A stretch of DNA of 64,000 bases from an uncultured Actinomycetota bacterium. Its GTDB lineage: Bacteria; Actinomycetota; Actinomycetes; Actinomycetales; JAHECE01. Made by a program: the position numbers and the translations under genes. Shown here in pieces: positions 46,664-58,190 of the stretch (its first letter is position 1; every line of letters starts with the position of its first letter). Below the pieces are notes generated by a model. The model was not told the origin of the DNA. It saw only the letters and a program-made list of their open reading frames with translations, and did not search any database. The stretch covers positions 11,814 to 75,813 of the forward strand of contig CAWACR010000010.1 in NCBI GenBank assembly GCA_963780675.1, in the 5' to 3' direction.

Positions 46664-47853
46664 GAGCCCGCCTCCGCGCCGTCGTCCGCCGCGCCGTCGT
46701 CCTCCGCGCCGGGGGCGGCTCGGCCGGCGGCCACCAGGACCAGGTCGGCCAGGCGGGCGGCACCGTCCCGCACCCCGTGGTCGGCCGCTGAGCGGCCCAT
46801 GGCCACGAGCCGCTCGGGGTCTGTGACGAGCGGGACGAGGTGCGTCAGCACCCAGTCGGGGGTGAAGTCGTCGTCGGCGACCAGGATGCCGCCACCGCCG
46901 TCGACGACGTCCGCGGCGTTGAGGCGCTGCTCCCCGTTGCCGATGGGCAGCGGCACGTACACGGCGGGGATCCCCAGGGCCGCCAGCTCGCTCACCGTGC
47001 CGGCACCGGAGCGCGCGACGACGAGGTCGCACGCCGCGTAGGCCTGGTCGATGCGCTCGAGGTACTCGGCCACGTGGTAGTGCGCCGAGACGTCGGCCGC
47101 CTCCGTCGCGAGCGCCTCCCGCACGGCGTCGGCCTTGCCGGCGCCCGTGAGGTGGAGCACCTGCGCGCCGGCGGCGACCAGGGGCGCAGCACACCGCGCC
47201 ATCGTCGTGTTGAGCTTGAGCGCACCCAGCGAGCCGCCCGTGACGAGGACGGTCAGCCGGTCCGGGTCGAGGCCGAGGGCCTGCGCGCCGCGCAGGCGAG
47301 CACCCGTGAGGTCCTGCGCGCGGTCCCGGACCAGGGCTGCGATGGGCGGGCGCAGGGGAAGCCCGGTGACGGAGGTCCCGGCCGGCCCCCTCAGCCGCGT
47401 GCCGGGGAAGGTGACCGCGACGGCGGCCGCCCGCCGCGCCCCCACGCGGTTCGCGAGTCCGGGTCGGGCGTTCTGCTCGTGCACGACGATCGGGATGTCG
47501 TGGCGCCTGGCGGCGAGGTACGCGGGGGTGGAGACGTAGCCGCCGAACCCGACGACGACCTCCGCGCGCGACTCCTCGATGGCCCGCTCGGCGGCGTGGA
47601 CGGCCGAGAACAGCTTGCCCGGCAGCCGCAGCGCCTCCGGCGTGGGCTTTCGCGGCAAGGGAACCCGCGGGACGATCGCGAGCGGGTAGCCGGCCTCGGG
47701 CACGAGGCGCGACTCCAGCCCCGTCTCCGTGCCGAGGACGGTGATCTGCGTCGCGGGGTCTCGCCGCCGCAGCTCGGCGGCGAGGGCCAGCAACGGGTTC
47801 ACGTGGCCGGCGGTCCCACCGCCGGCCAGCAGCACGCGCAGCGGCTCAGCCAT
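46660..47853 (-). CDS. murG: undecaprenyldiphospho-muramoylpentapeptide beta-N-acetylglucosaminyltransferase
   Basis: MAEPLRVLLAGGGTAGHVNPLLALAAELRRRDP..., plus VTGGSLGA and ARSGAGTVSELAALGIPAVYVPLPIGNGEQRLNA. Confidence 0.92.
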   Translation of the reverse strand: MAEPLRVLLAGGGTAGHVNPLLALAAELRRRDPATQITVLGTETGLESRLVPEAGYPLAIVPRVPLPRKPTPEALRLPGKLFSAVHAAERAIEESRAEVVVGFGGYVSTPAYLAARRHDIPIVVHEQNARPGLANRVGARRAAAVAVTFPGTRLRGPAGTSVTGLPLRPPIAALVRDRAQDLTGARLRGAQALGLDPDRLTVLVTGGSLGALKLNTTMARCAAPLVAAGAQVLHLTGAGKADAVREALATEAADVSAHYHVAEYLERIDQAYAACDLVVARSGAGTVSELAALGIPAVYVPLPIGNGEQRLNAADVVDGGGGILVADDDFTPDWVLTHLVPLVTDPERLVAMGRSAADHGVRDGAARLADLVLVAAGRAAPGAEDDGAADDGAEAGS

Positions 47854-49204
47854 GGTGACCTCGCCGGGCCACGACCGCGAGCGAGCGACGCATCGCACCG
47901 CGGCGCGCCGCGAGCGCGTCGGCGGCCCCTGGCTCGCTGCGGGCGAACGCCAGGACCATCCCCAGCGCGAGCAGGGTGGTGATGAGCGCCGAACCACCGG
48001 CGGACAGGAGCGGGAGCGGAAGGCCGATCACCGGCAGCAGCCCGATCACGACGCCGATGTTCACGATGGCCTGCACCAGGATCCACGCCGCGACGGCACC
48101 CGTGGCGATGCCCACGAACGGGTCAGGGTGACGTCTGACGATCCGGGTCAGGCCCACCGCGAGCGCACCGAACAGGGCGAGCACGAGGATCGTGCCGAGC
48201 AGGCCGAGCTCCTCACCGATGATCGCGAAGATGAAGTCGTTGTGCGCCTCGGGCAGGTACAGCCACTTCTCCCGCGAGGCGCCCAGCCCGACGCCGCTCA
48301 GCCCACCCGTGCCCAGGCCCCAGAGGCCGTGCTTGGTCTGGAAGCCGAGCCCCTGGGGGTCGACCTCGCCGATGCCGAGGAATGCCGCGATGCGGTCGCG
48401 CCGGTTCTCGCTCGAGAGCGTGAGGGCGGCGACCGCCGCCACCGCGAACCCGCCCGCGATCGTGAACATCCACATGGGCACGCCGGCGGCGAAGAGCGCC
48501 CCGGCGACGAGGACGATCAGCACCAGCGCGGTGCCGAGGTCGTGGCCCTTGAGCACGAGGCCGATCGACACCGCGGCGACGAGGACGCCGGGCACGAGGA
48601 CGTGCCGCACCTCACCGAGGAGCGACCTCTTCGCCGCCAGGACCGCCGCGAGCCAGATCACCAGCGCGAGCTTCACGAACTCGGAGGGCTGGAGCGCCTG
48701 GTTGATCCCGGGGATCAGGATCCAGTTCGTGTTGCCGCCCTCCGACAGCGCGAGGGGCGTGAAGATCAGCAGCTGCAGCGTCAGGGCCCCGATGAGCACC
48801 GGCCACGCGAGGCGGCGGAACGCCGACACCGGGAGCCGGGAGGTGACGACGAGCAGCGGCAGGCCGATGAGCGCGAACTTGGCCTGGTCGAGGAAGACCG
48901 CGTAGGGGCTGCCGTGCTGGCGGATCGAGGAGATCGTCGAGGACGAGAGCACCATGACGAGGCCGAGCAGGAGCAGGAGCAGCGTGACCCCGCCGACCAG
49001 GTAGTAGCTCGTGACGGGCGAGTCCCAGGTGGTGGTGCGGCCCGAGGCGCGGGCTCCGGTGGACCGCGCGAAGCCCGCGCGCTTCTCGCGCCCTGTCACA
49101 CGGCCGCCGCTCGCGTCCGGGCGGCTCGCCTCGGGACGGGCCGCGGCTCCGGCGGGGCGCGGGAGGGTGGCCGGCCGACGAGTGGGGGCTTCGATCGTCG
49201 CCAC
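47846..49204 (-). CDS. ftsW: FtsW (SEDS-family peptidoglycan polymerase / lipid II flippase)
   Basis: Polytopic membrane protein. Contains QPSEFVKLALVIWLA, PEAHNDFIFAIIGEELGL and PLPLLSAGGSAL. GTG start at 49204, 2 nt after the murD stop. Confidence 0.9.
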   Translation of the reverse strand: MATIEAPTRRPATLPRPAGAAARPEASRPDASGGRVTGREKRAGFARSTGARASGRTTTWDSPVTSYYLVGGVTLLLLLLGLVMVLSSSTISSIRQHGSPYAVFLDQAKFALIGLPLLVVTSRLPVSAFRRLAWPVLIGALTLQLLIFTPLALSEGGNTNWILIPGINQALQPSEFVKLALVIWLAAVLAAKRSLLGEVRHVLVPGVLVAAVSIGLVLKGHDLGTALVLIVLVAGALFAAGVPMWMFTIAGGFAVAAVAALTLSSENRRDRIAAFLGIGEVDPQGLGFQTKHGLWGLGTGGLSGVGLGASREKWLYLPEAHNDFIFAIIGEELGLLGTILVLALFGALAVGLTRIVRRHPDPFVGIATGAVAAWILVQAIVNIGVVIGLLPVIGLPLPLLSAGGSALITTLLALGMVLAFARSEPGAADALAARRGAMRRSLAVVARRGHHG

Positions 49205-49206
49205 GA

Positions 49207-50691
49207 TCAGTCCTCCAGGGCACGCGCGGCGCGCGCGAAGGCTGCGCCGCGCTCGGCGTACGAACGGAACTGGTCCATCGAGGCGCACGCAGGGGCCAGA
49301 AGGACCGTGTCGCCCGGCCGGGCGAGGCGCGCGGCAGCGCGGACGGCGCTCGTCATCACGTCCTCAGTGTCGCCAGGCGTCACCTCGACCACCGGGACCT
49401 CGGCCGCGTGTCGCGCCAGTGCCTCGCGCATCGGGGACCGGTCCACCCCGATGAGGACGACGGCGCGGAGCCGGTCCGCGCGGGCCCGGACAAGTTCCTC
49501 GAAGCGCGCACCCTTCGCCAGCCCGCCCGCGATCCAGACGGCGCGCCCGGCCGGGACCGAAGCGAGCGACGCGGCGGCCGCGTGGGCGTTGGTCGCCTTG
49601 GAGTCGTCGACGTAAGCGACGCCGTCGTGCCGGGTGACGAGTTCGATGCGGTGCGCGCCCGCCTCGTAGTCCCTCAGCCCCTGCGCCACGGCGCCGGGGT
49701 CCACGCCCTGCGCCCGCGCGAGCGCCGCGGCCGCCAGCGCGTCGGCCACCACGTGCGCCGGGAGGTCGGCGACCTCACCCGAGCCCGTGAGGTGGAGAAG
49801 GTCGGCCATCGTCGCGAGCGGCAGCGCGTGCGTCTGCCGCTGCGGCAGGAAGGCGCGGTCGCACAGGACGTCGTCGACGACGCCGAGCTCGGCGACCCCG
49901 GGTGAGCCGAGCGTGAACCCGATGGCGCGCGCGCCCTCGCAGACGTCGGCCTGCTCGACCATCTCCCGGGTCGCGTCGTCGGCGATCGCGTAGACGCACG
50001 CCCGCTCGGCCCGGTGGAACACCTTCGCCTTGGCGGCCCAGTACGCCTCGTAGGAACCGTGCCAGTCGATGTGGTCGGGGGCGATGTTGAGGCAGGCGGC
50101 GGCACGGGGCGCGACGGTGTGCGTGAGGTGCAGCTGGAAGCTGGAGAGCTCCACGGCGAGGACGTCGGCGTCTCCCGCGAGGGCGACCGTGCTGATCGCC
50201 GTGCCCACGTTGCCCACGGCCGGCGCGCGCAGGCCGGCCGCGGTGAGGATGGAGCTCAGCATCCCGACCGTCGTCGTCTTGCCGTTCGTCCCGGTGAGGG
50301 TGAGCCAGGGCAGCCGGGACGGCGGGACGGCCTGGACCCGCCAGGCGAGCTCGACCTCGCTCCAGCACGCCACGCCGAGGGCCTGTGCCCGGTGCAGCAG
50401 CGGCAGGTCCGGTCGCAGCCCCGGGCTGGCCACGACGATGTCGGGCAGGCCCCCCGGCTGCTCGAGCGCGGCCGAGGCGAGGGCCTCGCCGTCGGGCTCG
50501 GCCCTGCGCTCGACACCCGCCGGCAGGTCCGCGTCCTCGACCACCTCGGGGTCGGCGTCGAGCGCGAGCACGTGCGCGCCGACGGCGTGCAGCACGCGCG
50601 CGGCCGCGACGCCCGACGTACCGAGACCGGCGACGACGACTCGGGCGCCCTCGAGGGCCTCGCGGTCACGGGCGCTCACCCGACGACCCAT
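49207..50691 (-). CDS. murD: UDP-N-acetylmuramoylalanine--D-glutamate ligase
   Basis: Contains [38 protein letters not shown] and [11 protein letters not shown]. The ATG is at 50691. An alternative GTG at 50679 overlaps the mraY stop (GTGA). Confidence 0.92.
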   Translation of the reverse strand: MGRRVSARDREALEGARVVVAGLGTSGVAAARVLHAVGAHVLALDADPEVVEDADLPAGVERRAEPDGEALASAALEQPGGLPDIVVASPGLRPDLPLLHRAQALGVACWSEVELAWRVQAVPPSRLPWLTLTGTNGKTTTVGMLSSILTAAGLRAPAVGNVGTAISTVALAGDADVLAVELSSFQLHLTHTVAPRAAACLNIAPDHIDWHGSYEAYWAAKAKVFHRAERACVYAIADDATREMVEQADVCEGARAIGFTLGSPGVAELGVVDDVLCDRAFLPQRQTHALPLATMADLLHLTGSGEVADLPAHVVADALAAAALARAQGVDPGAVAQGLRDYEAGAHRIELVTRHDGVAYVDDSKATNAHAAAASLASVPAGRAVWIAGGLAKGARFEELVRARADRLRAVVLIGVDRSPMREALARHAAEVPVVEVTPGDTEDVMTSAVRAAARLARPGDTVLLAPACASMDQFRSYAERGAAFARAARALED

Positions 50692-51758
50692 TCGGCGTAG
50701 AAGATGCCCAGTCCGAGGGCGGCGCAGAGGCCGGCGATGATCCAGAACCGGATCACGATCGTGACCTCGCCCCAGCCGATGAGCTCGAAGTGGTGGTGCA
50801 ACGGCGCCATCTTGAACACCCGCTTACCGGTCATCTTGAAGTAGCCGATCTGGATGACGTCCGAGATGACGATCACCACGAACAGCCCGCCGATGATCAC
50901 CGCGAGGATCTCGGTGCGGGTGAGGATCGACATCCCCGCGAGCGCCCCGCCGAGAGCCAGCGAGCCCGTGTCGCCCATGAAGATCTTCGCGGGCGAGGCG
51001 TTCCACCAGAGGAACCCGAACGTCGCGCCGGCGATCGCCGCCGTGACCATCGCCAGGTCACGCGGGTCCCGGACCTCGTAGCAGCTCGGGCCGGCCGTCA
51101 CGATGTTCTGGCAGTTCTGGTTGGACTGCCAGATCGCCACGAGGACGTAGGCCCCGAACACCGCCGTGCTCGCCCCGGTGGCGAGGCCGTCGAGCCCGTC
51201 GGTCAGGTTCACCGCGTTCGACCAGGCGGTGATGAGGAAGTTGGCCCAGATGACGAAGAGGAAGAGGCCGATCGTGGTGCCGGCGAACGCGAGGTCGATC
51301 CCGGTGTCCCGGATGAAGGACACCTGCATGGAGGCCGGCGTGCGCAGCTGCTCGTTCGGGAACTGGAGGACGAGCACGGAGAACGCGATGCCGACGACGC
51401 CCTGGCCCACGATCTTCCACCGCGCGCTCAGGCCGAGGGACCGCTGGCGGCTGATCTTGGTGAAGTCGTCGAGGAACCCGACGAGGCCGAGGCCCACCAT
51501 GAGGAACAGCAGGAGGAGCCCGGAGGCCCGGGGCAGGCGCCCGGCGACGACGGTCGCTGCCGCGTAGCCGGCGAGCGTGGCACCGATGATCACGACGCCG
51601 CCCATGGTGGGCGTGCCGCGCTTCGTGAAGTGCGCCGTCGGCCCGTCCTGGCGGATGAACTGCCCGTACTGGCGGCGGACGAGGAAGCGGATGAACAGGG
51701 GGGTGCAGAGGAGCGAGACGAGCATCGCGATCGAGCCCGCGACGACCACCGCGGTCAT
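50676..51758 (-). CDS. mraY: phospho-N-acetylmuramoyl-pentapeptide transferase
   Basis: Contains [42 protein letters not shown] and APLHHHFE. Confidence 0.96.
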   Translation of the reverse strand: MTAVVVAGSIAMLVSLLCTPLFIRFLVRRQYGQFIRQDGPTAHFTKRGTPTMGGVVIIGATLAGYAAATVVAGRLPRASGLLLLFLMVGLGLVGFLDDFTKISRQRSLGLSARWKIVGQGVVGIAFSVLVLQFPNEQLRTPASMQVSFIRDTGIDLAFAGTTIGLFLFVIWANFLITAWSNAVNLTDGLDGLATGASTAVFGAYVLVAIWQSNQNCQNIVTAGPSCYEVRDPRDLAMVTAAIAGATFGFLWWNASPAKIFMGDTGSLALGGALAGMSILTRTEILAVIIGGLFVVIVISDVIQIGYFKMTGKRVFKMAPLHHHFELIGWGEVTIVIRFWIIAGLCAALGLGIFYAEWVVG

Positions 51759-53197
51759 GCGGACGGCTCCTCGCCCGACGCACCCTCCGCCGGATCCCCG
51801 ACCACTGCGCCGGCGCCGAGGACGTCGCCCAGCTTCCAGAGGCCGGACCCGTGGGACGACTTCACGAGGACGACGTCGCCCTCCTGGAGGTCGGCCGCCA
51901 GGAGCTCCGCCGCTTCCTCGACGGTGCCGACCTGGAGCACCTCGGCCTCGCGCAGGCCCTCGTCCCGCGCCCCGTGGCGGATGGGGGTCGCGCCCTCACC
52001 GACGACGACGAGGCGGTCGATGTCGAGGTGCACGGCCAGACGGCCGATCTCCGCGTGCGCCGCCGCGCTCTCCTCCCCCAGCTCGAGCATCTCCCCCAGG
52101 ACCGCGATGCTGCGGCGGTCCGCACCCGCCATGGCGGCGAGCGCGACGAGCGCCGCGCGCGTGGAGTCGGGATTGGCGTTGTAGGCGTCATCGATGATCG
52201 TCACGCCGTCCGCCCGCTCGACGACCTGCATGCGGTGCGGACTGATCGCTCGGGCGCTCCCCAGCGCGGACGAGACGTCCGCTGCCGGGATCCCCAGCGC
52301 GATCGCCGCAGCCGCGACCGCGAGGGCGTTCGAGACGTGGTGCTCGCCGACCACGAGGAGGGCGACCGGATGGCGCTCGCCGTCGTGGTGCAGCTCGAAC
52401 CGCGCCCGACCGCCGGGGTCCAGGGCGACGTCGACCGCGCGCACGTCCGCACCCGACCCCGCCCCGAAGAACACGACGTCCGAGGGCGCGACCTCGGCCA
52501 TCGCGGCCACGCGGGCGTCGTCGGCGTTGAGGACGGCGGTCCCGCTCGGGACGAGCCCCGCGACGATCTCCGCCTTGGCCTGCGCGACCGCCTCGATGCC
52601 GCCGAACTCCCCGAGGTGGGCGTGACCCACCATCAGGACGACCGCGACGTCGAGCGGAGCGATGCGGGTGAGGTAGTCGATGTGCCCGATGCCGCTGGCC
52701 CCCATCTCGAGGACGAGGTACCGGGTGGTCGCCTCGGACCGCAGCACGGTGAGGGGCAGACCGATCTCGTTGTTGAAGGACTCCACCGGGAACACGGTGG
52801 GCGCATGCGCGGACAGGACCTGGCCCAGCAGGTCCTTCGTGGACGTCTTCCCGACCGACCCGGTGATCCCGACGACCAGGAGCTCGCCCCCCGCGCGCAG
52901 GCGGGCCAAGACGGCACGTGCGAGCTCGCCGAGGGCGACGACCGTGTCCTCGACGAGGACGTGCGGCCCGTCGACGGGCCGGGACACGAGGGCGAGCGTG
53001 GCGCCCCCGCCGAACGCCGCGCCGGCGAAGTCGTGCCCGTCCGAGGTCTCACCCGCGACCGCGACGAAGAGCGAGCCCGGCACCGCCAGGCGCGAGTCGA
53101 CGACGGCGTCGGCGGTGACGAGGGCCCCTGGCGACGTGCCGACGCCGACGGTGCCGCCCGCCGCCTCGGCGACCTCCGCCGCGGTGAGCGGGATCAC
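51755..53197 (-). CDS. murF: UDP-N-acetylmuramoyl-tripeptide--D-alanyl-D-alanine ligase
   Basis: Contains [50 protein letters not shown] and LVKSSHG. Confidence 0.92.
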   Translation of the reverse strand: MIPLTAAEVAEAAGGTVGVGTSPGALVTADAVVDSRLAVPGSLFVAVAGETSDGHDFAGAAFGGGATLALVSRPVDGPHVLVEDTVVALGELARAVLARLRAGGELLVVGITGSVGKTSTKDLLGQVLSAHAPTVFPVESFNNEIGLPLTVLRSEATTRYLVLEMGASGIGHIDYLTRIAPLDVAVVLMVGHAHLGEFGGIEAVAQAKAEIVAGLVPSGTAVLNADDARVAAMAEVAPSDVVFFGAGSGADVRAVDVALDPGGRARFELHHDGERHPVALLVVGEHHVSNALAVAAAAIALGIPAADVSSALGSARAISPHRMQVVERADGVTIIDDAYNANPDSTRAALVALAAMAGADRRSIAVLGEMLELGEESAAAHAEIGRLAVHLDIDRLVVVGEGATPIRHGARDEGLREAEVLQVGTVEEAAELLAADLQEGDVVLVKSSHGSGLWKLGDVLGAGAVVGDPAEGASGEEPSA

Positions 53198-54795
53198 GGC
53201 CGACCCCAGCGCTCGGCAAGGGCGTCGCGCAGGGCGGGACGGTCGTTGTACCGGTAGAACACGCCTGCGATCTCCTGGGTCGGTTCGTGGCCCTTGCCCG
53301 TCACGATGATCGTGTCGGCCTCCTCCGCGATCTCGACGGCGCGCCGCAGGGCGTCGACGCGGCTCTCCGCCTCCTGGACGCCCGCGAGACCCTCGCCGCG
53401 CACCTCGCGGACGCCGTCGAGGATGGCGGCCCGGATGGTCGCGGGGTCCTCCGACCGGGGGTTCTCGTCGGTCACGACGACGACGTCGGCCAGGCGGGCC
53501 GCGATGGCCCCCATGATCGGGCGTTTGCCCTGGTCACGGTCGCCGTCCGAGCCGAAGACGAGGATGATCCGGCCCGGGGTGATCGGGCGCACCGCGTCCA
53601 GCGCCAGCTCCAGGGCGTCCGGGGTGTGCGCATAGTCGACGATCGCGAGAGGTCGGCCCTCGCCTCGTTCGCCGACGCGCTCCATGCGCCCCGGAACCCC
53701 CGTCATCCCGGCGACGGCGTCGATCGCGGCCGCCAGCGGGACGCCCGCACGGACCGACATCACGATCGCGAGGGCGGCGTTGGAGACGTTGACCCTCCCC
53801 GGGATGGGGCACGACGCCTGGTGCGCGGCGCCGTCGGGCCCGGTGAGGGTGAACGTGCTCGCCACGCCGTCGAGGCCGACCCGGACGTCGGAGACCACCC
53901 AGTCGGCCTCGGCGTCACCGTCCCGGGTACGCACGCGGTCGACCGGGATGGCCGCCTCGGCCGCGAGGCGCACCGTCCACTCGTCGTCGACGCAGACGAC
54001 GCCGCGTCGCGCACGCTCCGGCGTGAAGAGGAGGGCCTTGTCGCGGTAGTAGCCGGCCATGTCGCCGTGGAAGTCGAGGTGGTCCCGGGTGAGGTTGGTG
54101 AAGCCGGCCACGTCCACGGTGAGGCCCTCGACCCGGTGCAGGGCCAGGGCGTGGGAGGACACCTCGAGCGACACGGCGCCGACGCCGCGCTCCACGGCCA
54201 GCGCGAGGAGCCGGTGCAGCACCGGCGCCTCCACCGTCGTCCGCGGGCTCTCCACCGTGAGGTCACCGATGCGCAGCTCCACGGTCCCGAGCACCGCCGT
54301 GGCGGCGTGCCGGGTGCGCAGGGCTGCGTCGACGAGGTAGCTGGTGGTGGTCTTGCCGTTGGTCCCCGTGACGCCGGCGACCACCAGCTTCTCGGCCGGC
54401 CGGCCGTACACGATCGCCGCGAGCGGCCCGACGACGGCGCGCGGGTCGTCCGCGAGGAGGACCGGCACCTCGGCGAACCCCGGGGTGAGGGCGAGCTCCT
54501 CGCGCAGGATCGCCGCGCCGTCGACGTCGGTCAGGACGGCGACGGCTCCCGCCGCGATCGCGGCCGGCGCGTGCCGCGCACCGTGAACGCGGGCCCCGGG
54601 AACGGCGGCGAACAGCTCCCCGGGCGCGACGTCGTCGCTGGCCATGGTCACGCCGGTGACGGCGACCGCCGACGCCGCGGCCACGTCGAGGGCTGCTCCG
54701 AGGGGCGCCACGGTCAGGCCGAGGTCCTCGGCCAGGGCGCCGATCCGGACCGCCTCGGTCCGGGCCGGTCGCAGCAGTGCGAGCGGAGTCGTCAC
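53194..54795 (-). CDS. murE: UDP-N-acetylmuramoyl-L-alanyl-D-glutamate--2,6-diaminopimelate ligase
   Basis: Contains [48 protein letters not shown] and VTDENPRSEDP. Confidence 0.92.
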   Translation of the reverse strand: MTTPLALLRPARTEAVRIGALAEDLGLTVAPLGAALDVAAASAVAVTGVTMASDDVAPGELFAAVPGARVHGARHAPAAIAAGAVAVLTDVDGAAILREELALTPGFAEVPVLLADDPRAVVGPLAAIVYGRPAEKLVVAGVTGTNGKTTTSYLVDAALRTRHAATAVLGTVELRIGDLTVESPRTTVEAPVLHRLLALAVERGVGAVSLEVSSHALALHRVEGLTVDVAGFTNLTRDHLDFHGDMAGYYRDKALLFTPERARRGVVCVDDEWTVRLAAEAAIPVDRVRTRDGDAEADWVVSDVRVGLDGVASTFTLTGPDGAAHQASCPIPGRVNVSNAALAIVMSVRAGVPLAAAIDAVAGMTGVPGRMERVGERGEGRPLAIVDYAHTPDALELALDAVRPITPGRIILVFGSDGDRDQGKRPIMGAIAARLADVVVVTDENPRSEDPATIRAAILDGVREVRGEGLAGVQEAESRVDALRRAVEIAEEADTIIVTGKGHEPTQEIAGVFYRYNDRPALRDALAERWGRP

Positions 54796-54849
54796 GTCGT
54801 CAGAACCTACCTCGTCGCACCCTCGTGCGGTCCGTTCGGGCGATGGAGA

Positions 54850-56628
54850 TCACTCGGCCGTCGGCGCGTCGGCCGGGGCGAGCGGGTAGAGCTCGGGAGC
54901 CGTCGCGCTCGGGGCCACACCGAGCGTCTCGAGCGCGAACGAGGCGACGTCGTGGAACACGGGCGCCGCGATGGTGCCGCCGAAGAAGCCGCTCGTGGGC
55001 TTGTAGATGACCACTCCGACCGCGATGCGCGGGGCCTCCGCGGGGACGACACCGACGAACGAGGCGGTCGTCGCCGACAGGCCGCCGGCGCCGTCGGCGG
55101 TCTGGGCCGTGCCGGTCTTCCCTGCGACGCGGTACCCGCTGATCGCCGCACGCTTGCCGGTGCCGTCGTCGACGACGCTCTCCAGCATGCGGATCATCTG
55201 CGACGACGTCTCGCCGCTGACCACCTGGGTGAGCTGCGGCGCCTCGACCGGGTGGAAGGTGCCGTCGGCGTCGGTGAAGCCGTCCACGAGGCGCGGTGCG
55301 ACGTGGACGCCTGCGTTGGCCAGGGTGGCGAGCACGCCCGTGTTCTGCACGAGGTTGACCGCCAGTCCCTGGCCGAACATGGTGGTGTAGCGCATGCGTC
55401 CGTCCCACTCCTCGGGCGGGTGCACGATGCCGGCCGTCTCTCCGGGCAGGCCGAGGTTGGTCGTGGAGCCCAGCCCGAAGCGACGGAAGTAGTCGTACCG
55501 GGTCTGGTCCGACATCAGCTGGCCGATCTGCACGGTCCCCGTGTTCGAGGACTCCGCGAGCAGTCCGGCGGTCGTCATCAGCTCGGTCTCGTGCGGCGTG
55601 TGGTCGGTGATGACCTGGCCGTTCTCGGTCGTGTACCGGTACGGGATCTCGAAGACCGTCGTCGGCGTGACGAGGCCTTCCTCGATCGCGGAGGCCACGG
55701 TGGCGATCTTCCCCGTGGAGCCGGGCTCGTAGACGTTCTGCACCGCGCGGCTGCCCCGGGCGTCGTCGGGGCTCGACGTCGGATCGTTCGGGTCGACGGC
55801 GTCGGAGTCCGCGAGCGCGAGGATGCGACCCGTGCCGACCTCCTCGACCAGGACCGCGCCCCACGCCGCGCCGTACCGGTCGACGGCGTCGTCGATCACC
55901 TGCTGTGCCGTCCACTGCAGGTCGCGGACGATCGTGAGGTGGACCGTCTGCCCGGGGACCGCGTCGGTCGTCGACTGCTCACCCGTGGGGATGACCTGCC
56001 CGGACCCGTTGCCGATCTCGACGGTCTGCTCACCGGGCGTGCCCTTGAGGTGGCTCTGCAGCGTGAGCTCGAGGCCGGCGAGCCCCACGCCGTCGGTGTT
56101 GACGAAGCCGAGGATGTTGCCGGCGGTCGTGGCGTTCGGGTAGACGCGCTGGCTCTTCCGCTCCGCCGTGATGCCGTTGATCTGCAGCTCACGGACCTGC
56201 TGCCAGATCTCGGGTGTGGCCCGGCGGACCAGCCGCAGGTATCCGTTGTCCCCGACGAGCGTCGCGCCGAGCTCGTTGACGTCGGCCCCGAGGATGGGCG
56301 CGAGCCGCCTCGCGGCCGCGACGGCGCCGTAGGAGGGCTCTTCGCCCTCGGGCGCGTCGACGTAGTCGGGGATCTGCCGCTGGTCGACGATGATGTCGAA
56401 GGAGACGACGGAGGTGGCCAGCACGACCCCGGAGGAGTCGACGATCTCGCCCCGGGTCGCGTCGATGACGGTCGTGTGGAGCCTCTGGGCCAGGGCGTCG
56501 CGGGCGAGCGTGGGGCCCTCGATGCCCTGCACGTACGCGAGCCGGACCCCGTACACGCAGAGCACGGCGAGGACGACGCCGAGGATCACGCTGTGCCGGC
56601 GGTCGGGCCGGGCCCGGGTCGCGCTCAT
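54850..56628 (-). CDS. ftsI: class B penicillin-binding protein (FtsI/PbpB transpeptidase)
   Basis: N-terminal TM segment. SxxK is in EPGSTGKIAT, SxN in AESSNTG and KTG in AGKTGTAQ. Confidence 0.9.
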   Translation of the reverse strand: MSATRARPDRRHSVILGVVLAVLCVYGVRLAYVQGIEGPTLARDALAQRLHTTVIDATRGEIVDSSGVVLATSVVSFDIIVDQRQIPDYVDAPEGEEPSYGAVAAARRLAPILGADVNELGATLVGDNGYLRLVRRATPEIWQQVRELQINGITAERKSQRVYPNATTAGNILGFVNTDGVGLAGLELTLQSHLKGTPGEQTVEIGNGSGQVIPTGEQSTTDAVPGQTVHLTIVRDLQWTAQQVIDDAVDRYGAAWGAVLVEEVGTGRILALADSDAVDPNDPTSSPDDARGSRAVQNVYEPGSTGKIATVASAIEEGLVTPTTVFEIPYRYTTENGQVITDHTPHETELMTTAGLLAESSNTGTVQIGQLMSDQTRYDYFRRFGLGSTTNLGLPGETAGIVHPPEEWDGRMRYTTMFGQGLAVNLVQNTGVLATLANAGVHVAPRLVDGFTDADGTFHPVEAPQLTQVVSGETSSQMIRMLESVVDDGTGKRAAISGYRVAGKTGTAQTADGAGGLSATTASFVGVVPAEAPRIAVGVVIYKPTSGFFGGTIAAPVFHDVASFALETLGVAPSATAPELYPLAPADAPTAE

Positions 56629-57032
56629 TCCGCAGCCGTCGCCGGGACCGACTCACCGATGATGACGCCGTCCGACAGACGGAGGAACGCCGGTGCGGGG
56701 GCCGGGACCATGCCGAGCGCCCGCGCCCGCCGGGCCAACGACTCGGGCGAGCCCGCCACCTCGAGCTGCTGCGTGAGGTCCTGCTGCTGCTCGGTCAGCT
56801 GCGCGAGCTCCACCTGACGGTCCCGGATCGCGTAGGAGGTCTGCGCCATCGTGACGTTGAGGAGCAGTGCGCCCAGCAGGGCGCCGGCCAGGATCGAGAC
56901 GCAGAGGACGATGAACGGCACCCTGGCGCGGGGTCGGGACGGTGCGCGGACGATCCGGAGCCGGGGCAGCTGCGAGGTGGCGGCGCGGCGGACGTCGGTC
57001 GCCCTGGTGCGCGCGGGCGCGCGCAGCGGCAT
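56625..57032 (-). CDS. ftsL: FtsL-like septation protein (single TM plus coiled coil)
   Basis: 135 aa. TM segment is VPFIVLCVSILAGALLGALLL and the coiled coil is RDRQVELAQLTEQQQDLTQQLE. It occupies the position between rsmH and ftsI. Its stop overlaps the ftsI ATG. Confidence 0.6.
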   Translation of the reverse strand: MPLRAPARTRATDVRRAATSQLPRLRIVRAPSRPRARVPFIVLCVSILAGALLGALLLNVTMAQTSYAIRDRQVELAQLTEQQQDLTQQLEVAGSPESLARRARALGMVPAPAPAFLRLSDGVIIGESVPATAAE

Positions 57033-57037
57033 GGTGC

Positions 57038-58039
57038 TCACCAGGTCACCACCCGACGGCTCTGCGGGGTCTCCTTGATCCGCTCGGCGGCGCGGAGCCG
57101 CACCGACGCGGATCTCGGGTTGGCGGCCCGCTCCGCCTCGTCGGCCTCCTCGGCCCCGCGGACGAGGAGACGGAGGTAGGGCTCGTCCTCCTCGCGCACG
57201 ACCGGGATGCCGGGCGGCGTGCTCGCCGTCGCGCCGGCGGCGAGCGCCCGCTTGACGACGCGGTCCTCGAGGGAGTGGTAGGCCTCCACCACGATGCGCC
57301 CGCCGACGGCGAGGGCGTCGACGGCGCGGGGCACCGCGCGCTCGAGGACGTCGATCTCGGAGTTCACCGCGATGCGCAGTGCCTGGAAGGTCCGCTTCGC
57401 CGGGTTGCCGCCGGTGCGGCGGGCCGCGGCCGGGACACTGGCGCGGACGATCTCCACGAGCTCGGAGCTGCGGGTCACGGGCGCCTGCTCCCGCCTGCGC
57501 ACGATCGCGGCGGCGATGCGCCCCGCGAACTTCTCTTCGCCGTACTGCCACAGGATGGTCCGGATCTCCGCCTCATCGGCGTCGGCGAGGAGGTCCGCGG
57601 CCGTTCGGCCGCGTGAGGGGTCCATCCGCATGTCGAGCGGGGCGTCCTGGGAGTAGGCGAAGCCGCGGGACGGCTCGTCGAGCTGCAGCGAGGACACGCC
57701 GAGGTCGAAGAGCACGGCCTGCACCCGGGCGCCGGACCCCAGCGCGTCGTCGAGGACGTCGCGGATCTCGTCGTAGACGGCGTGCACCCCGGTGAACCGC
57801 CGGCCGAAGGGCGCGAGCCTGTCCGAGGCGAGCGCGAGGGCCTGCGGGTCCCGGTCGATCCCGATCACCCGCGCGTGCGGGCACGCGGCGAGCACCAGCT
57901 CGGAGTGCCCGCCCATGCCGAGGGTGGCGTCGACCATCACGCACCCCGGAGCGGTGAGCGCCGGCTCGAGGAGCTCGAGGCAGCGCGCAGCCAGCACCGG
58001 CCGGTGCAGCTCTGCGGCGTCGACGGAGCGCACACGCAT
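57038..58039 (-). CDS. rsmH: 16S rRNA (cytosine1402-N4)-methyltransferase
   Basis: Contains [46 protein letters not shown] and [11 protein letters not shown]-like ([14 protein letters not shown]). Confidence 0.95.
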   Translation of the reverse strand: MRVRSVDAAELHRPVLAARCLELLEPALTAPGCVMVDATLGMGGHSELVLAACPHARVIGIDRDPQALALASDRLAPFGRRFTGVHAVYDEIRDVLDDALGSGARVQAVLFDLGVSSLQLDEPSRGFAYSQDAPLDMRMDPSRGRTAADLLADADEAEIRTILWQYGEEKFAGRIAAAIVRRREQAPVTRSSELVEIVRASVPAAARRTGGNPAKRTFQALRIAVNSEIDVLERAVPRAVDALAVGGRIVVEAYHSLEDRVVKRALAAGATASTPPGIPVVREEDEPYLRLLVRGAEEADEAERAANPRSASVRLRAAERIKETPQSRRVVTW

Positions 58040-58051
58040 CTCCTCTCATGG

Positions 58052-58082
58052 CTGGTCAGGTGGCCTGCGCCCGCCTGACCAG
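58052..58082 (-). promoter_or_regulatory. hairpin in the mraZ-rsmH spacer, immediately upstream of the rsmH SD; possible counterpart of the actinobacterial mraW RNA motif
   Basis: 9-bp perfect stem ctggtcagg/cctgaccag with a 13-nt loop. On the mRNA it is followed by ccaugagaggag-AUG. I could not do a covariance-model comparison. Confidence 0.3.
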
Positions 58083-58190
58083 GACTCCCTCCGCCTGCTC
58101 TGGCGCCGGGGAAGTGCGTCAGAGTCGCGGTGAGAGACCTCGTCCTGCGGGCGGAAGGGGTCGTCGGGGTGGCGGCCGGGAGGACCCGGC

